A DNA stretch of 64,000 bases from Blasia pusilla. Taxonomy: Eukaryota. Under the pieces are notes generated by a model. That model was not told where the DNA came from. It did no database searches and saw only the letters and a program-made list of their open reading frames with translations. This document shows positions 1 through 13,200 of the stretch, in pieces. Each line of letters opens with the position of its first letter. The first letter of the stretch is position 1. The stretch is from positions 48,422,001 to 48,486,000 of the forward strand of contig CM114271.1 of assembly GCA_050084515.1 (NCBI GenBank), read 5' to 3'. A program made the translations under genes and the position numbers.

Positions 1-315
1 ACATGGCTTCCTCTCAAGGCTTAGCCAATCACATTTTGACACAAGTAGATTTCCTCTTATCTCTTCCAAAATATCCTCTTTTACCCACATGATATTTTCC
101 AAATTACCCCAACTAACCTAACCACCAACCAAGACTACTTTTGCTTTTCATTAAAGCAACTACTTTACTTTTATAAAGTCATCTTTTATTTATTACCTCC
201 TTTTCCTAAAGTTAGGCCCGCATAAAAGAGGCACCATAAAGAGTTTTAAACATAAGAATTTCCTTTTTCTAAGCCAATTTACTTAATACTAATGAAACTC
301 TATCTAACACTTAAT
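1..315 (-). repeat. Truncated LTR (family A), inverted relative to the copy at 1162-2430
   Basis: Near-identical to 23178-23490 and the reverse complement of 1203-1516. It stops about 40 bp short of the LTR terminus and fuses to integrase coding sequence. Confidence 0.9.
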
Positions 316-1068
316 TTTATTCTAGAGGATATTGTTGCTCAATATGGGAGTGTCGGGAGAATCCGTGCAGATAGAGGTGAGCTGAATGCGGAGGAAGCAC
401 GAGAGTTCTTCAAGAGATATGGAGTCCAGTTGAGATTAACAACCTCCATGAATCCGGAGGCAAACGGCAAGAGCGAAAGGGAACATCCACCAATCATTCA
501 AGCATTGGTAAAGGCGTGTGGAGATCGTTATGGTGATTGGCCTAGATTACTTCCATTTGCTTTATGGGCTGATAGAACCACTCACAACACCATTACAGGG
601 TTCATGCCTACAAAGTTGATGACAGGTCAAAAGCTGATAATGCTTGCAGAAGGAGATATACCCACTTGGATGGGTTTGCCATGGAAAGACGGGCTCGATA
701 GGGAAGAGCTCCTAGCACTTGGAATGCAGTAGCTAAAGCGGCGGGAAGAAGATATTGCAGAAGCATTAGTCAAAATGAAGGAAGCAAGGTTGAAAAATAA
801 GGAGCGCTTCGACAAAACTCATCGACTTCGGAAGGAGCCGATAAGAGAAGGAGATTGAGTCTTGGTGCACGACAACAGCCTCGACAACCAGCATAGTACA
901 ATTAAAAAGTTTGCACGTCGCTGGTTTTGTCCATACGTTGTAGTCTTTGCTTTTGACAATGCCACTTACAAACTACGTGAACTAGATGGCACGATTCTCA
1001 AGCTGCCCATTGCGGGAAAAAGAGTCAAGATTTTTCGTAGACGTGAAGGATTTCTTGATTTCGATTGA
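316..1068 (+). pseudogene. Ty3/Gypsy integrase (rve core and C-terminal part), family A, with in-frame stops
   Basis: IRADRGE...NPEANGKSER...WPRLLPFALWADRTT...TGF and KFARRWFCPYVV...YKLRELDG. Followed by a polypurine tract (aggagggggtgaa, about 1149-1161) and an LTR. Confidence 0.9.
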
Positions 1069-1161
1069 ATGTGTCTAGAGGCACAACATAAATAAGTCTA
1101 TAGCAAGAAGTCACGATGTTTCGAAACATACCGGAGGATGTGCAGGTTAGGAGGGGGTGAA

Positions 1162-2430
1162 TGTCGTATAGTAAAATCAATCAGTATGTAAATTCCTTCG
1201 TCATTAAGTGTTAGATAGAGTTTCATTAGTTTTAAGTAAATTGGCTAAGAAAAAGGAAATTCTTATGTTTAAACCTCTTTATGGTGCCTCTTTTATGCGG
1301 GCCCAACTTTAGAAAAGGAGGTAATAAATAAAAGATGACTTTATAAAAGTAAAGTAGTTGCTTTAATGAAAAGCAAAAGTAGTCTTGGTTGGTGGCTAGG
1401 TTAGTTGGGGTAATTTGGAAAATATCAAATGGGTAAAAGAGGATATTTTGGAAGAGATAAGAGGAAATCTACTTGTGTCAAAATGTGATTGGCTAAGCCT
1501 TGAGAGGAAGCCATGTGGCACAAGATAAGATAAGCTCTATTTCGTACTCTTGTGGATCCCTTGTGAGTATATAAAGAGGAGGGACCTTCAAGGGTTCATC
1601 ACCTTGTATTCCACATCTTGAGTCTCTCGTGTCTCTCTTGAGTGTATGGCTTTGGGATTGCTTGCTCTTCCAATGAGTGGATCACCCCTCTTGGGAGAGT
1701 AACTTGATCATGGTCTATTCTTCGAGAGGTTTCGAGTGTGGTGTGTGTGTGTGGGGGATGAGAGGTTTGTCACCGAGAGGAGTTTAGTCATACTAAAATA
1801 GCGGATGTTTTGGCTTGTTACTTTCCCAATGAGAGTGGATTACCCCTCTTGGGAGAATAACTCCGCCAAAACCCATTCTTGAGGAGAGTAGAGAATGTCT
1901 GTCAAGCATGGATAGGGGTGGAGCACGAGTTGTGCCCGACTTTCCTTTCCTCAATCCTTACCATGTCAAGGTACTCTTTGTAGATAGGCACTGGTTCACT
2001 CGCTATTTAGTTTATCACTATGGGGGAGGCGTTCATGAACCAGGTCATGCAATCTCCAACTCCGGTGATTCTTCCTATCATCACATATGGAAGGACATGG
2101 GATTGTACTTAATATGTCCTTATATAGCGATCCATGGATGTCAATAGGCGTGGTCAAGTAGGGTTTAACACTAGTTGTGCTATCTTCCTTGTGTACAAGC
2201 GTAAAATAGTTTATAGGGATTTTATAGTTAGGAATTTCGGGGTCCGATATTAAGAAGAAGTGATCGCCTCGGCACTTCCATTTGTGATACCTTTCGTGAG
2301 AGAATGGAGAATGTACATCATAATTTTGTATTGAAAAAGGAGAACTTATTAGAGAGTTCACCTCGCATCGACCGCATCTACCGCAGCTAGAAGCCCCGCC
2401 CTTGCTCGAAGAAAGACTCTCGACACGACA
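1162..2430 (+). mobile_element. 3' LTR of Gypsy family A (1269 bp)
   Basis: TGTCGT...ACGACA termini, directly after the PPT. A second full copy lies at 22260-23532. Confidence 0.93.
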
Positions 2431-2464
2431 CCGCTGGTATACTCTCCATAAACTGACATAATAA

Positions 2465-2957
2465 GCAAACCGTCGGGTTGCTTTTCAACCTGTCATACTA
2501 GTCCATACTAATTACCAAATCGTTCAAACTTAGCCCATAGGCCTGATAGAATAGCGACTTGTCGGAGTCCGACGGATTGTCTTCCAACTCTAAGATCCCT
2601 TTTTTGGCCATGAGCAACCCGTCGAAAGCCGACAGGTTGCTCATCCTGGTGGACAGAACCTCCACCGTTTCGAGTGCGATGGTTGGCTTACAACTTAATA
2701 CAATTTTTCAGAGTTGAGAAGTTCCTAATGTAAGAGCAACCCGTCACTTTCAGATGGGTTGCATCAATCCAGAAACACGGGGAAAAGCAGTGCTACTTGC
2801 AACCACTCAGGTTCCAACGAGTTGCAGTCAATGGAAACTTGTTGGTGAATTTGCAACCAGTCGCTTTCAGATGGATTGCAACACAGCAAACACAAGCTGT
2901 TGGGATCCGACGGGTTTGCATGCATAGATGCAACCCGTCGGAGCCCGACGGGTTGAA
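2465..2957. repeat. Cluster of 27-bp palindromes (consensus GCAACCCGTCGGA-N-TCCGACGGGTTGC)
   Basis: About 8 degenerate copies, e.g. 2614-2640 and 2930-2956. They lie downstream of a GTAAGT donor at 3640 (- strand), so are probably intronic. Confidence 0.85.
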
Positions 2958-2993
2958 TTTCTGTTAAACTAAATTCGTTTAATAAGAGGATTT

Positions 2994-3634
2994 TGTCGTG
3001 CGCATACACATCGCTACACAACATACATCGCTGTCACCGAACACACACACAAACACGCACGATCCCATGCTAACTCATGGCATCCAAACAACAAGACAAG
3101 AAGTACCAAATATCTCCAATAAATTGAGATCCAATCTCTCTCTACACAATCTCACACCATAGCTCTCAAGGTGTGCACTCTCTCTCATGTCAAACCAAAC
3201 CCACTCTCCTAATGAAAGGCTTGGGTTACACTCACAAGGCAAGGGACCATAGCTCCGCCGCCTCATGCCAAGAGGTTCAACAAAGAGAGAATGAGCTCTC
3301 AAGCTCTCTCTCCTTGGGATATATACCCCTCCCCTCTCCCAAGCTCTCTCCATGGTAACCTATTCTCCCAAGTCACCTCCTTGGCTCTTGACCTGATGTA
3401 CGAGGTCAAGGGCCACTTACTAAAAATATAAAGTCGATCATATACTCAAAATGGTACTTACCTAAAATAGTAAGTTTCTCAATATGGCTCCAAATGAGCC
3501 AAAACGAAGGGAAAACCTGCTCTCTCAGGTTTCCCGGGGCCTCAGCAAGTCATCCTCGACCTCCTAGGCCTATCCTCCACTACTCTTGAAGATGCTCTAC
3601 TAGATCTCATCGATCTATCCTAAAGGACGTGACA
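2994..3634 (-). mobile_element. Solo terminal unit (X+Y, 641 bp) of the DNMT-Gypsy family B
   Basis: TGTCGTG...CGTGACA termini. Matches 15101-15677 and 58889-59528. Flanks attt/actt are at best an imperfect 4-bp TSD. Confidence 0.9.
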
Positions 3635-5708
3635 ACTTACCCGGACTTGACTCGTCGCTTATCGGAGTGGATACTCATTTTTAATTACCCATGATTGCGC
3701 CGTCCTCCACTTCAGCGACCTCTTCACACATTGAAGGTTGAACAGCTCATCTTCGCTCCCTCCAGTGAGGACCAAGAAACAACCCTTGTCACTCACATAC
3801 GCGTCGGCAAAAGAAAACAACAGCACGATCTGGTCATACGAAAGCGGGACATTCCAGTCTAGGACGGTTTCAGACGGATTGTTGTCCCACAAGCAAAACC
3901 CAGAAGGCGAATCCGCAATGAGGAGGTCGACCGCCACCTCCTCAACCACCCCATGCACCGTCCAGGGGGCGTGCCCATTTCGAAGGAGTTTTCGTCCCAA
4001 CACGGTCAGTTTGTCTATGGCAGGTATCGACTCCTGAGAACTGAAACTCTGCAGCTCATCGACAAGATGAGTCAAGTGAACAAGGACATTTTTCTTGGTG
4101 GTTGTCTCCCTATGCCTGCCCAAGGATGATGGAGTGTATTCCACATCCTTATCTCCTTCCTTAGACGAACCAGGCGCCTCCCGCTTCCGCTTCTCCCGAG
4201 TCTGATGTCGGCTTGTGGGAGTCTCTGTTACCTCAGACTCCATAGGAGTTTTCTTCAATGAGGACCTGGTCCGGCCCTCTTGCCCCACTCGCCCGGACAA
4301 TTCCGCCTCTCACCTTGAGGACTCAGCCTCTTTTCTGGAAGACTCCGCCTCGGAATTCCTCGATCCCCTGGCCTTCCTCAAACCCGTTGTAGATTTGTCT
4401 TTGGCGGTGACGACCTTGCCCACCAACTCCGCTGTCTCAAGGGCTTGCTCCTCCGCATCTCCTTCGGAAAAAATTTCAGGTTGCACGAGGTTCGGAATAT
4501 CCTCCCTACCTGCGACCACTGCATCATACACCGTGCGTAGATTATTTTTCTGTAATATCCTCTGGGTCGTTGAAGTCCAACCTGATTGGACAATTGTTAA
4601 CCTCCCAGTTGGACATGCCCTATCCCATCTCTATGTCGTATGTGGAGAATGCCTCTCCATCAGGCGGAGAAGCCCACAATTTGCAGACTGCCGGTAGGTA
4701 CCTGCATTCTTACAATTGATGAGGTACCTATACTCCATCCGCTGGGCAGCTCTTTGTCGAGATGACTAGGCCGCTTGGTCCTGAAGATCCCGCTTCTTCT
4801 TTGCAAAATCCCATTTTTTTGGCGTCTATTTCCTCATCTTGGTCTGCCTGAGGGAGGATGTGATTCTTGAACATCATCCAGAATCCCGGGGATTTTGTGG
4901 GCTTATCTCTGATGTCATCAAGCCATAGTTCAAAATCTTCTTCAGCCTCTAGGCTTGCTTCCTCTGGAACTGGCTCAATCTTCTTCAGCTCTGCTTGAAG
5001 ATCCATGAGCATGGACTTCCCCAGAAGGCTTAACGCGTCCCATAATGACCATTCCCGTAGCCAATGGGAGATTAGTGGATCTGAAACTCCCAGAGGATGG
5101 TGTGCCGCCCGCTTTTGGGCCTTAGTGCCCTTGAGACTGATTTTCATCAATCGGATTTGCCTAAACTCGGAAATTCTAGATAGCGCAAATGTGTGCACGC
5201 GGTCCAGAGACACTTTCTTGCCGATCCGACCCTGTGGATCTTCGTCTCTCTTCCACTCGCACTTGATTATCGCCTTGAGCTCCTTGTAAAACTCCGGGCT
5301 AAGTTCAGGGTTGAGAACTGCATCTTGCTTGCATTGTACTTTGTAGCTGCAGATAAAGCAGCCTGAATAAACTTTGCACGTTCCGACGCTCATACGTTCT
5401 CCCTTCGCTCCAGTTCCAACGAAGCACTCTTCTTGGCGGCCTGGATCTTGGACCAACATAGGATTGTGACGGCTACATCTTGGGAAATGAAGGTATTTGC
5501 CCAAGTCTTCTTTTTTATTTGAGCTCCCTTTTCCAGCATCTCATTTACCAGACCGTCGCCCAGGAATCCCTTGTACTTTTCCGGGTGCGTCGTAAGCACC
5601 TTCTTCACCCTGTCGCAATCTTGGATCCAATGGTGGGTGATGTTCCCCTCAGATACAAGCCTGCACATCCAAACACAAGATAAGAATACTGTAAGCTATC
5701 GGGTTCCT

Positions 5709-7547
5709 GCAACACGTCGAACTTCGACAGGTCACAATTCTGTCAACCCATGGGGGTTGAAATGGTAGTACAAAGATAAATGTTGCAACCCGTCGGAGTT
5801 TGACGGGTCGGAACACGTATCTTTGTGTTACATTTATTGCAATACTGTTGAAATTTTTAGAGAGAATTGCAACCCATCAGAGTCCGACGGGTTGCACTCT
5901 CTTTTCGTGACTTTCTGGTCCAACCGATTTAGTCATTGGTTACAACTCATCGGACTCCAACGGGTTGTAGAATGACTTCAATTTGGAGATACATTTTTGA
6001 ATAAAAATTGCACAGATCAACCCGTCAGAGCCCGACGGGTTGCGCAATGTCGTGCGCCTACTCTCCTTGAACGTTAATCTTGTTTGTTGCGGAAGCGTGC
6101 GTTCAGTAGGTCACGCTCTCAACGCTGATCTGCATCCAAACACGCACTTCGGTTAGTCAGGTCTTGGATCAATCAGCGGGATTACTTTCCGAGTTCTCGT
6201 CTCGGACTCTCTCTTCAAGCTCAACCTTCCTAGTTTCGCGGTTTCCAACACGGGCAAGTCTCGAAAGACTTGGGACAGACTTTCAGTCGGGATTCAGAAC
6301 TGAAACGGCGTTTCGTAGAGGATAGCGCCTAGCGGTTCCAACTGTCCGATGAACATCTAATGAGTTCCTCACCAAGACTCGCACGAAGTGAATCTCGGGT
6401 GGAATCCAAGTGTGGCGTACAAAGTCCACTCCCTTGGATCAGGTTTGGGTTTCGGGTTTCCGCGCCAAACTCCCGTTTCATCCCGTGCCTCTGAAACGCC
6501 GTTTGGCGCCCAAAGTGGGATTTCGTTTCCCGAGACATCTCAGAGAAGGTACTCCCCTTACTAGTACTTCTGGGGATCTCCGGGGGCCCCCTACATTTAG
6601 AGAAAGACACCCGGGCCCCTCCAATTGGCCCTCAAGCCGATTGCTCTCTGAATCGTTTTCGGCCAATATCTCAGCCTGTACTTATGCGTTTGCTAAGATC
6701 TTTGGTGCGTTGGAAGCGTCTTGAGATCAGCTTTCCAACGTGCCCTTACTTGTCCCGAACGCATCTCGGAGCTCAACGTTATGGTCCTAAACACAGACAA
6801 ATTCTCCCAAACGCTAGTCATGTTCCAAACTGGTTCTCACCTCTTTGGCAACCAACCTCCAAGACTCAACTCATCTCAAGTCTCGGCTCGCCTTTGGTCT
6901 AGGTTTCCTGGTCGCGACCATTAACGCATGAAACGCACAACTCTGTTCCGCGTTTCGTCTCTTAGACTTTTCCAAGAGACTCTTCCAAACGCCTCTCCAA
7001 AGCGCAAACCTCGCGGCGTGAGTTCCTTTGAGTTATGATGTTTCGCTTGGTGCGTATTTGGTGTTGTTTGGTTATGAGGGTCGCGACACGCAATGCCTTG
7101 TAAAGCTGGAATTGGATGCCTAAAAGCAAGCTCTCACACTCCGACCACCTACCCCTAGGGGGGGAAATGCAACCCATCGGAGTCCGACGAGTTGCTCTCG
7201 GCCAAAAGTATCCAAAAATAACCGAATAGTCTAGCAACTCGTCAGACTTCGACAAGTTGCTATTAGGCGTCCGATGATTTGTTACCTCTCGTTGTGCAAC
7301 TTGTCGGAGTTTGGCGGATTGCAGAACAAATAAATTATGCAGTCATTTTTCCATCCGTCGATGTTCGACTGGTTTCAGTATCCTAGATTAATCTGGTGTG
7401 CTTGGCCACCAAGCAACCCGTCGGACTCCAAAGGTTTGCTTGACTATGACATTGACCACAAACAGGATGGTGGCAAGAGACTCAAATCATTCCTGCCCAT
7501 CTTTAAGCTTTCCAATTATTCAACCCGTGTGACTCCAACGGGTTGAG
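5709..7547. repeat. Intronic clusters of the 27-bp palindrome (5709-6044 and 7169-7547), split by a solo LTR
   Basis: e.g. gcaacccatcagagtccgacgggttgc at 5869 and gcaacccatcggagtccgacgagttgc at 7169. Confidence 0.85.
6048..7088 (-). mobile_element. Solo LTR, family C (1041 bp)
   Basis: TGTCG...CGACA termini with perfect 5-bp TSD cgcaa (6043-6047, 7089-7093). Homologous to 35562-36566; orientation taken from the PBS-like site beside that copy. Confidence 0.93.
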
Positions 7548-9134
7548 GCAATCAAACTTAAGGAAGAGGAAACTTACGTATTCATCGCACGTATTGCCAT
7601 TTCTACTATTGCCATATGATGAGGAAATGGATGGTGCACAATTTCCTTCATGCAAACATGCGCCTCCAATGAATTTCGGCGCTCCTTTGCAAACTACGTC
7701 CACACCATGTACCTATGGTTTCCATCCCAAATGAAGAAGTAAAGGTTCCACATCCAGCTAAATTTGGTTCCTTCAATCGCGCTTCTGAACTCTTGATCTC
7801 TCAACCTCCAAAAAGTATCCACCGCCTCCAAGTCCTCTTCCGTCACCAACGCTTTGGTTCCATGTTCATTGCAAGGCTGAATATAGAACGGAGGGAAGCT
7901 GTCAACGTAGGATGTAGTAGCTGCCGACTGCTTGAGCTTTGCAATGTCCTCCTCCGACTGAATTTCATGAACGTACTCCATTGTCCGCAATCGACAGAGT
8001 GGAATTCTCGAGGGCATTTTGGCCCTCCATAAGTGCCATCTGCTCAACAACTTGCCACAATGGGGACCAAGTCAATAAAATACAATGTTATGCCAATGAA
8101 TTGCATAATGAGCCTTCACATAACTCAATTTTTTCTTACCCGCTCAAAGATTGGGTCGGTGTCCAGGCCCGCTAGCTGCTCTAGGACAACAACTGGCAAG
8201 TCCACGGGAAACTCATCGATCCGATAAAGGTCGATTTCTTCCACAAGGCTCAAAGACAACGAAGACTCTTCTCTTGCTTCTTCAGAGATGTCCACCATCT
8301 CCACACTTGTTGTCCTCGTGACCTCATTGTCTGTCACTTGAACTTCGGCCGTTTCCTCAGCCAATTTTAGATTCATGGTGTCCCCTGACCTCATCGGAGA
8401 CATTTCTTGCATCTCAACACTCTCTATTGGATGGGCAGGGCTTTCTTCAATGACAATTTCTTTTTCCCTTCGAGCTTTCACCAATTTTGCTCTCCTCACA
8501 GAGGCGTCATGAAGCTTCTTCTCGCGTTTCTTGTCCGTGACTCTTTTCTTTAAGGCCTTCGATGCCTCAACCTCGGCATTTTGCTTAGCAAGCTCCTCCA
8601 GAACATATTTTGCTAGAACCTCCTGCTTGTGCATATCTGCTTCCCTTTCCCGCTCCTCTATTTCTTGTTGCCTTATCTCATTTTCCAAACGAGGACTTGG
8701 AGATGGTGACGTTGGAGTCCTGATGGACTTGGGAGTGATGCTCCCTACCTTGGTTGCTTGTGTATTTCTCGTCATGGTGCACGTTGGGTCAGTTCTTCCT
8801 CCTCGACAGTCTAATCTTCTCCTCTGCATGATAGATCCCTCAAAGCATTTCGTGATGAAGCGCCGTGACCCTCCAGCGGATGGGCTTGCCAAAATCGAAC
8901 CCTCAAAGCGTCGGGTGCTGGATCGTCAAAACCTTCCAGCAAAGTGGTGATGTAACTGAGTTTGGCAGCGGAAAGGTAACGTCATCTCCTGCGAGGAAGA
9001 GCACATGAAATTGCAAAATGAAAAACGGAAAGGATCGAAACCTCAGCCTTTTATACTTTTCGAGTCGTTGAGCTGACCGTTGGGTCGTTGGGTCGTATCA
9101 ATGGTGACGTGTTGGCCGTTATGGAACTTTGCAC

Positions 9135-9510
9135 GTGGGAATCCGGGCACCAACGGGTTGCACGCTTCCCTCGTCTTGCGGATGTAGGGCGAGTTGCCAA
9201 GGCAACCTGTCCGAGACCGACGGGTTGCACGCATCCCTCGTCCTCGGGTAACAAGGCGAGGTACCCAGGCAACCCGTCGGAGACCAGCGGGTTGCACGCT
9301 TCCCTCTTCTTGGGATAACAAGCCAAGGTACTCGCACAACCCGTTGGAGACCGATGGATTGCACACTTCCCTCATCTTGGGGTAACAAGGTGAGGTACTC
9401 GGGCAACCCCTCGGGGACCGACGGGTTGTAATTGCACCCTTTCCTTGTCCTTGGGTAACAATGCAACAAAGCATAGTCCCGAGGCAAGCCATTGCCCTCC
9501 GACGGGTTAC
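9135..9510. repeat. 67-bp tandem repeat (about 5 units), each containing one 27-bp palindrome
   Basis: Palindrome starts at 9202, 9269, 9336 and 9403 (67-bp period). Lies between the two divergent genes. Confidence 0.9.
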
Positions 9511-9976
9511 AAGGTCTACCTTGGGGTGGACACTTCCCACCATACGGCAAAAGTGCACGCACGGTTTGTAGAGTTCATTCGAGAAGAGAAATCGACGCGA
9601 GATCCAAAAGGGAAAGCCAGCTTAGGTGCCTTTCAAACCCGTTGCAATCCCCAACGGGTTGCCGTAGCAAATCCATGCGATGTCTCGTGTCTCGATGTTA
9701 GCAAATCCCAACTCCAATCACACAGGTCAAATGGGCAGGGGGTACCAACCCAATAGACTCCGATGGGTTGCAAAGTTGCACTCGAACTCTTACAGAAGCT
9801 GGTACTACGTGGCTTTGCAACCCACGTGTTTGAGTCCCAAATTTTGCAACCCCTTGGACTTTGACTCGTTGCAACAGGATTGAATCCATTCCGTCAGACA
9901 ATCTCACCTACCAAACAACATCTTGTCAGTCGAATTCTGTTAGGAGAATAACAATCACTATTCACTATAAATTAAA

Positions 9977-10026
9977 CATTCTCATTCTCATTCCCATTCT
10001 CATTCTTATTCTTATTCTCATTCTCC
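9977..10026. repeat. (ATTCTC)n microsatellite
   Basis: cattctcattctcattcccattctcattcttattcttattctcattctc. Confidence 0.9.
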
Positions 10027-10257
10027 ACTCAGTGGAATCATCTGGGAATGGATGATTATGTGAAACTCACTTGTGGCAGTCATCTAGCAGCCCTTTCTCA
10101 ATCAGAAATAGTTCGACCGTAAGCTCGTGAATCTTTCATACTAGTGGATGAAATTTTTCTCTTAGTGCAATTTCTTCTCCAAATTGGAACAATCTTTGGT
10201 TCCAAGGATGTTAGGGTGGACGATACAGAGGACGTTGTAGGTGAGACAGTCTAGCTA

Positions 10258-13200
10258 GTGAAAGAAAACCGTAAAGTATGGAATATCCTACCCCTAAAAA
10301 ATGGTCAATACAGAGTTTATGGCTTGCCTCTGAATTCCTCTGTTTCCCAAGTAGACAGTCTGGAATTTCCTAGTGCACCAAGCTCTACGTTTGCCACTAC
10401 AAGCTTAGTATATCCGGAATCGACTCCAACTTCACACATTTGTAACAATGTTGTACTTCTTGAAGACATTCCAGATGTCGTCAACCTCAGTGGAATTGTC
10501 GGACACCAACTGGGTCCTCTGTCTGCTTACTCGTTCCACTTGCGAGTATCAGGCAATAGTTTGCTGTTATCTTTGCCCTTTAAAATGTTCAAGCATATTC
10601 TTGTCAACGAGCTGCCGCCCACGTACGATGGTAATTGCATTTTTGAGTTGCCTCCGCTTGCTGGTCTTGCTCAAAAGAAAGATAGAGGACGCTTGAAGGG
10701 TATGGACAGAAAGTCTGATTGTCATGGATGGTGCAGGTTTCGACGGACTAGTGCTTCAATTCCAGATGGTCCTTGGATTTTTTCTCGCCGCCAATGGGTT
10801 GGAGCCTTGGAGTGTAGAAGTCTAGGTTGCACGTATCTAGAGCGCAATGGGCGAGTCAATACGTCACAATTCTCCCCTAAGAATGCAGAAACTCCATATG
10901 AGGTCGGTGCGACCATACCGCTGGGAGGCCATTGATGTCCTCATTGTCAAGCATTCCCTTTCTGCGTTGGAGCGTGTCCCGCATACATATTTTTCATTGT
11001 GCACGACTTCAATTCTACGTCCGAGTACACAAGGCTGGCAGTTCATGTTGGCTCCCACATTCATCTTGTTACCGGTGCAATTCAGAGACACATCAAGAAG
11101 GATGTGGCAAAGAAAGTGGCCGAGGTATGTAGAAACTCTCTGGGATCAAAGCCCGGAGTGATCAAGTTAACAACAACATCACAAATTTGTGAACAATTGC
11201 TTGGAATCCCTGGGCTGGGCAAGATCACGGCTGGTGAGGAGAAACAACTCTAGGAAAATCTCGCATTTCTTGCTGATCCTGAATGCTTCGGGAATTTTCT
11301 GCGTCAAATGCAAGTACTGGATGGAAAGACGGCCGAAATGGATGCCATTTCCAGAATCAAGGCCAACTCCAGATTTCCATTTATTCAAAGATGGCAGTTC
11401 ATGGGCCAAGGAGGCAAAGGATCTAGGGCTTATATCTTCATAGTATCAACGACAGGGCCGTCCAGTGGCCTCAATCTTATAGATCAAATGAGTGAAGGGG
11501 ACGATCTTTACGGCAGTTGGGTAAGCTTTGATATTTGCTACAGAGTGCTGAATGGATGGTTGACCATGGGTGCTCACGCTTATGACCATGTGGAGAAGGG
11601 ACTCAAAATTGTATTTTCTGTGAGGTAAATGCAGAAGACGTTGGCAGTTTGAAGATGTGTTGGTTACTCTTATTGGAGGTGGTGAAGGAAAACAAAAGGC
11701 CACCTCCAGAGTTTTATGGATTCATGGCAGACAATGCACAACTTGAGTGGATAGGTTCAACCAGAGAGGGAAAGGTCGAATTCTTTCCATTGGAAACAAT
11801 CTGTGACTTGGTACACCAAATCTTGCATTAAGGAGAATAAGAGGACAGAGCATGTCACTCTACTCCAACGCTGCAAGGACAGCAAAGCCTTGAAACAAGC
11901 CATGGAGTGCCAAGAAGAACTACACGGGTGGTGGAGGAAGCATGCGATTGGGGGGAAGTACAAAGAGTTGTGCTCTTGGCTCAGTTGGTGGACTATACAA
12001 ATAAGATAATGGGGAAACTTCATGCGGCTGATGAGTTCAGTATTTCGTCCTATCAAGCTCATGCTGAGAATTTTTTGAAAAGTTGTAGCTCAAGTTGAGA
12101 AGCGCAGGCACTATAGGGATTTCAAACCGAAGAAACCAAGCAACCCGTCGGATGCGACGGGTTGTCTGAGTGTGCAACCAGTCGGAAATCGACGAGTTGC
12201 ATCAAGAATATTTGTGTTACCCGTCGGAGCGCGACATCATGCACGAGGAATGTTTGTGCAACCCGTCGGAACCCGACTGGTTGCATGAGTGTGCAACATG
12301 TCGAATCTCGACGGGTTGCAAGTTGCATGTATAAAAGGCCTGCAAATAGTTTGACCCGGATGGGTTGCAAGCCGCAAGGCTGCGAGTTAACTCGGTCTGC
12401 AACCCGTCAGATTTCAACAACTTACGTTTGTCTACAACATGTTGGATTTCGACTAGTTGTGTCTGTATGCGACTCCTCGCATTCAGACAGGTTACGGCTG
12501 TCTCCAAGTCGTATCCAAACACCTTGCATCAGTTCACGTTAACTGGAATCCCTCGAATTTCAATAGTTGCAAAGCTTTGTGTGTGGATACTTCTTGCAAG
12601 CCAACAAAATCTGACAGGTTGCACAAGGATTCCCGAGACCGGACCGGCCTGCTTCTCACAACCCGTCTAATTTCGACGGGTTGCAGTAGCAGGTTCCTGG
12701 GTACTAGGTTGCAGTAAGAGGTTACAGGGATATTCTAGGGATGTCTCCGACTTGCAACCCGTTTCAAGTTGGAGGTTGGAAAATCCATGTGCAACCCGTT
12801 GGATTCCGATGACTTGCACTTGGATCTTGCAACCCTGAGTGGCCAAAGTTACTTGCAACTCATTTGAATCCGACAGGTTGCAGTAGGTGGTTCCTGGGTG
12901 TTGCAACACGTCGAAAATTGACGGGTCGCAAAGTCATTCATGGGATGCCTCCGACTTGCAACCCGTGTGGTTCCGACAGGTAGCTTTTTTCTTTGCTCAT
13001 AGAGCTATTCTCGTTCCCTTCTCACATTGCCGTCGTTGCAGGGATTGAGCATTCATGAAAATGCCCTCTCCCCCAACACAAGTGGAGAAGAAAGTGTTCA
13101 TTCCTTCCGGAGGTCGTCACAAGCATGCCAAAGAATTTCACTTGTGGAGGCATGCCAACAAGACCAGGAAAGAGCAATGCTACAATCTCTAGCATCCCAT

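Larger units (their letters stand above)
3641..8892 (-). pseudogene. Spliced accessory gene of the MULE-like element: charged N-terminus, ParB/Srx-like domain, and a C-terminal N6A/N4C methyltransferase-like segment
   Basis: IPLCRL...FYIQP...FFIWDGNHRYMVW...AIRAMN (8000-7578). GT-AG intron 7577-5661 keeps frame (MN-T-LVSEGNITHHW). VDLLIADSPSG...LLFSFADAYVSDKGCFLVL...WRTAQSWVIK (3930-3680). Several stops and frameshifts. Confidence 0.6.

Noticed and set aside
1908-3358. ORFs within LTR A and terminal unit B (also 15205-15465, 22230-23200, 28383-28649, 59063-59290)
   Set aside because: They recur only because the repeats recur and show no protein motifs.
9043-9562. Several overlapping 90-170 aa ORFs
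   Set aside because: Artefacts of the GC-rich 67-bp tandem repeat.
12139-12985. CRISPR-like look: palindromic 27-bp repeats with variable spacers
   Set aside because: Repeats are degenerate and spacing is irregular. There are no cas genes, and the array lies in an intron of a eukaryotic transposase.
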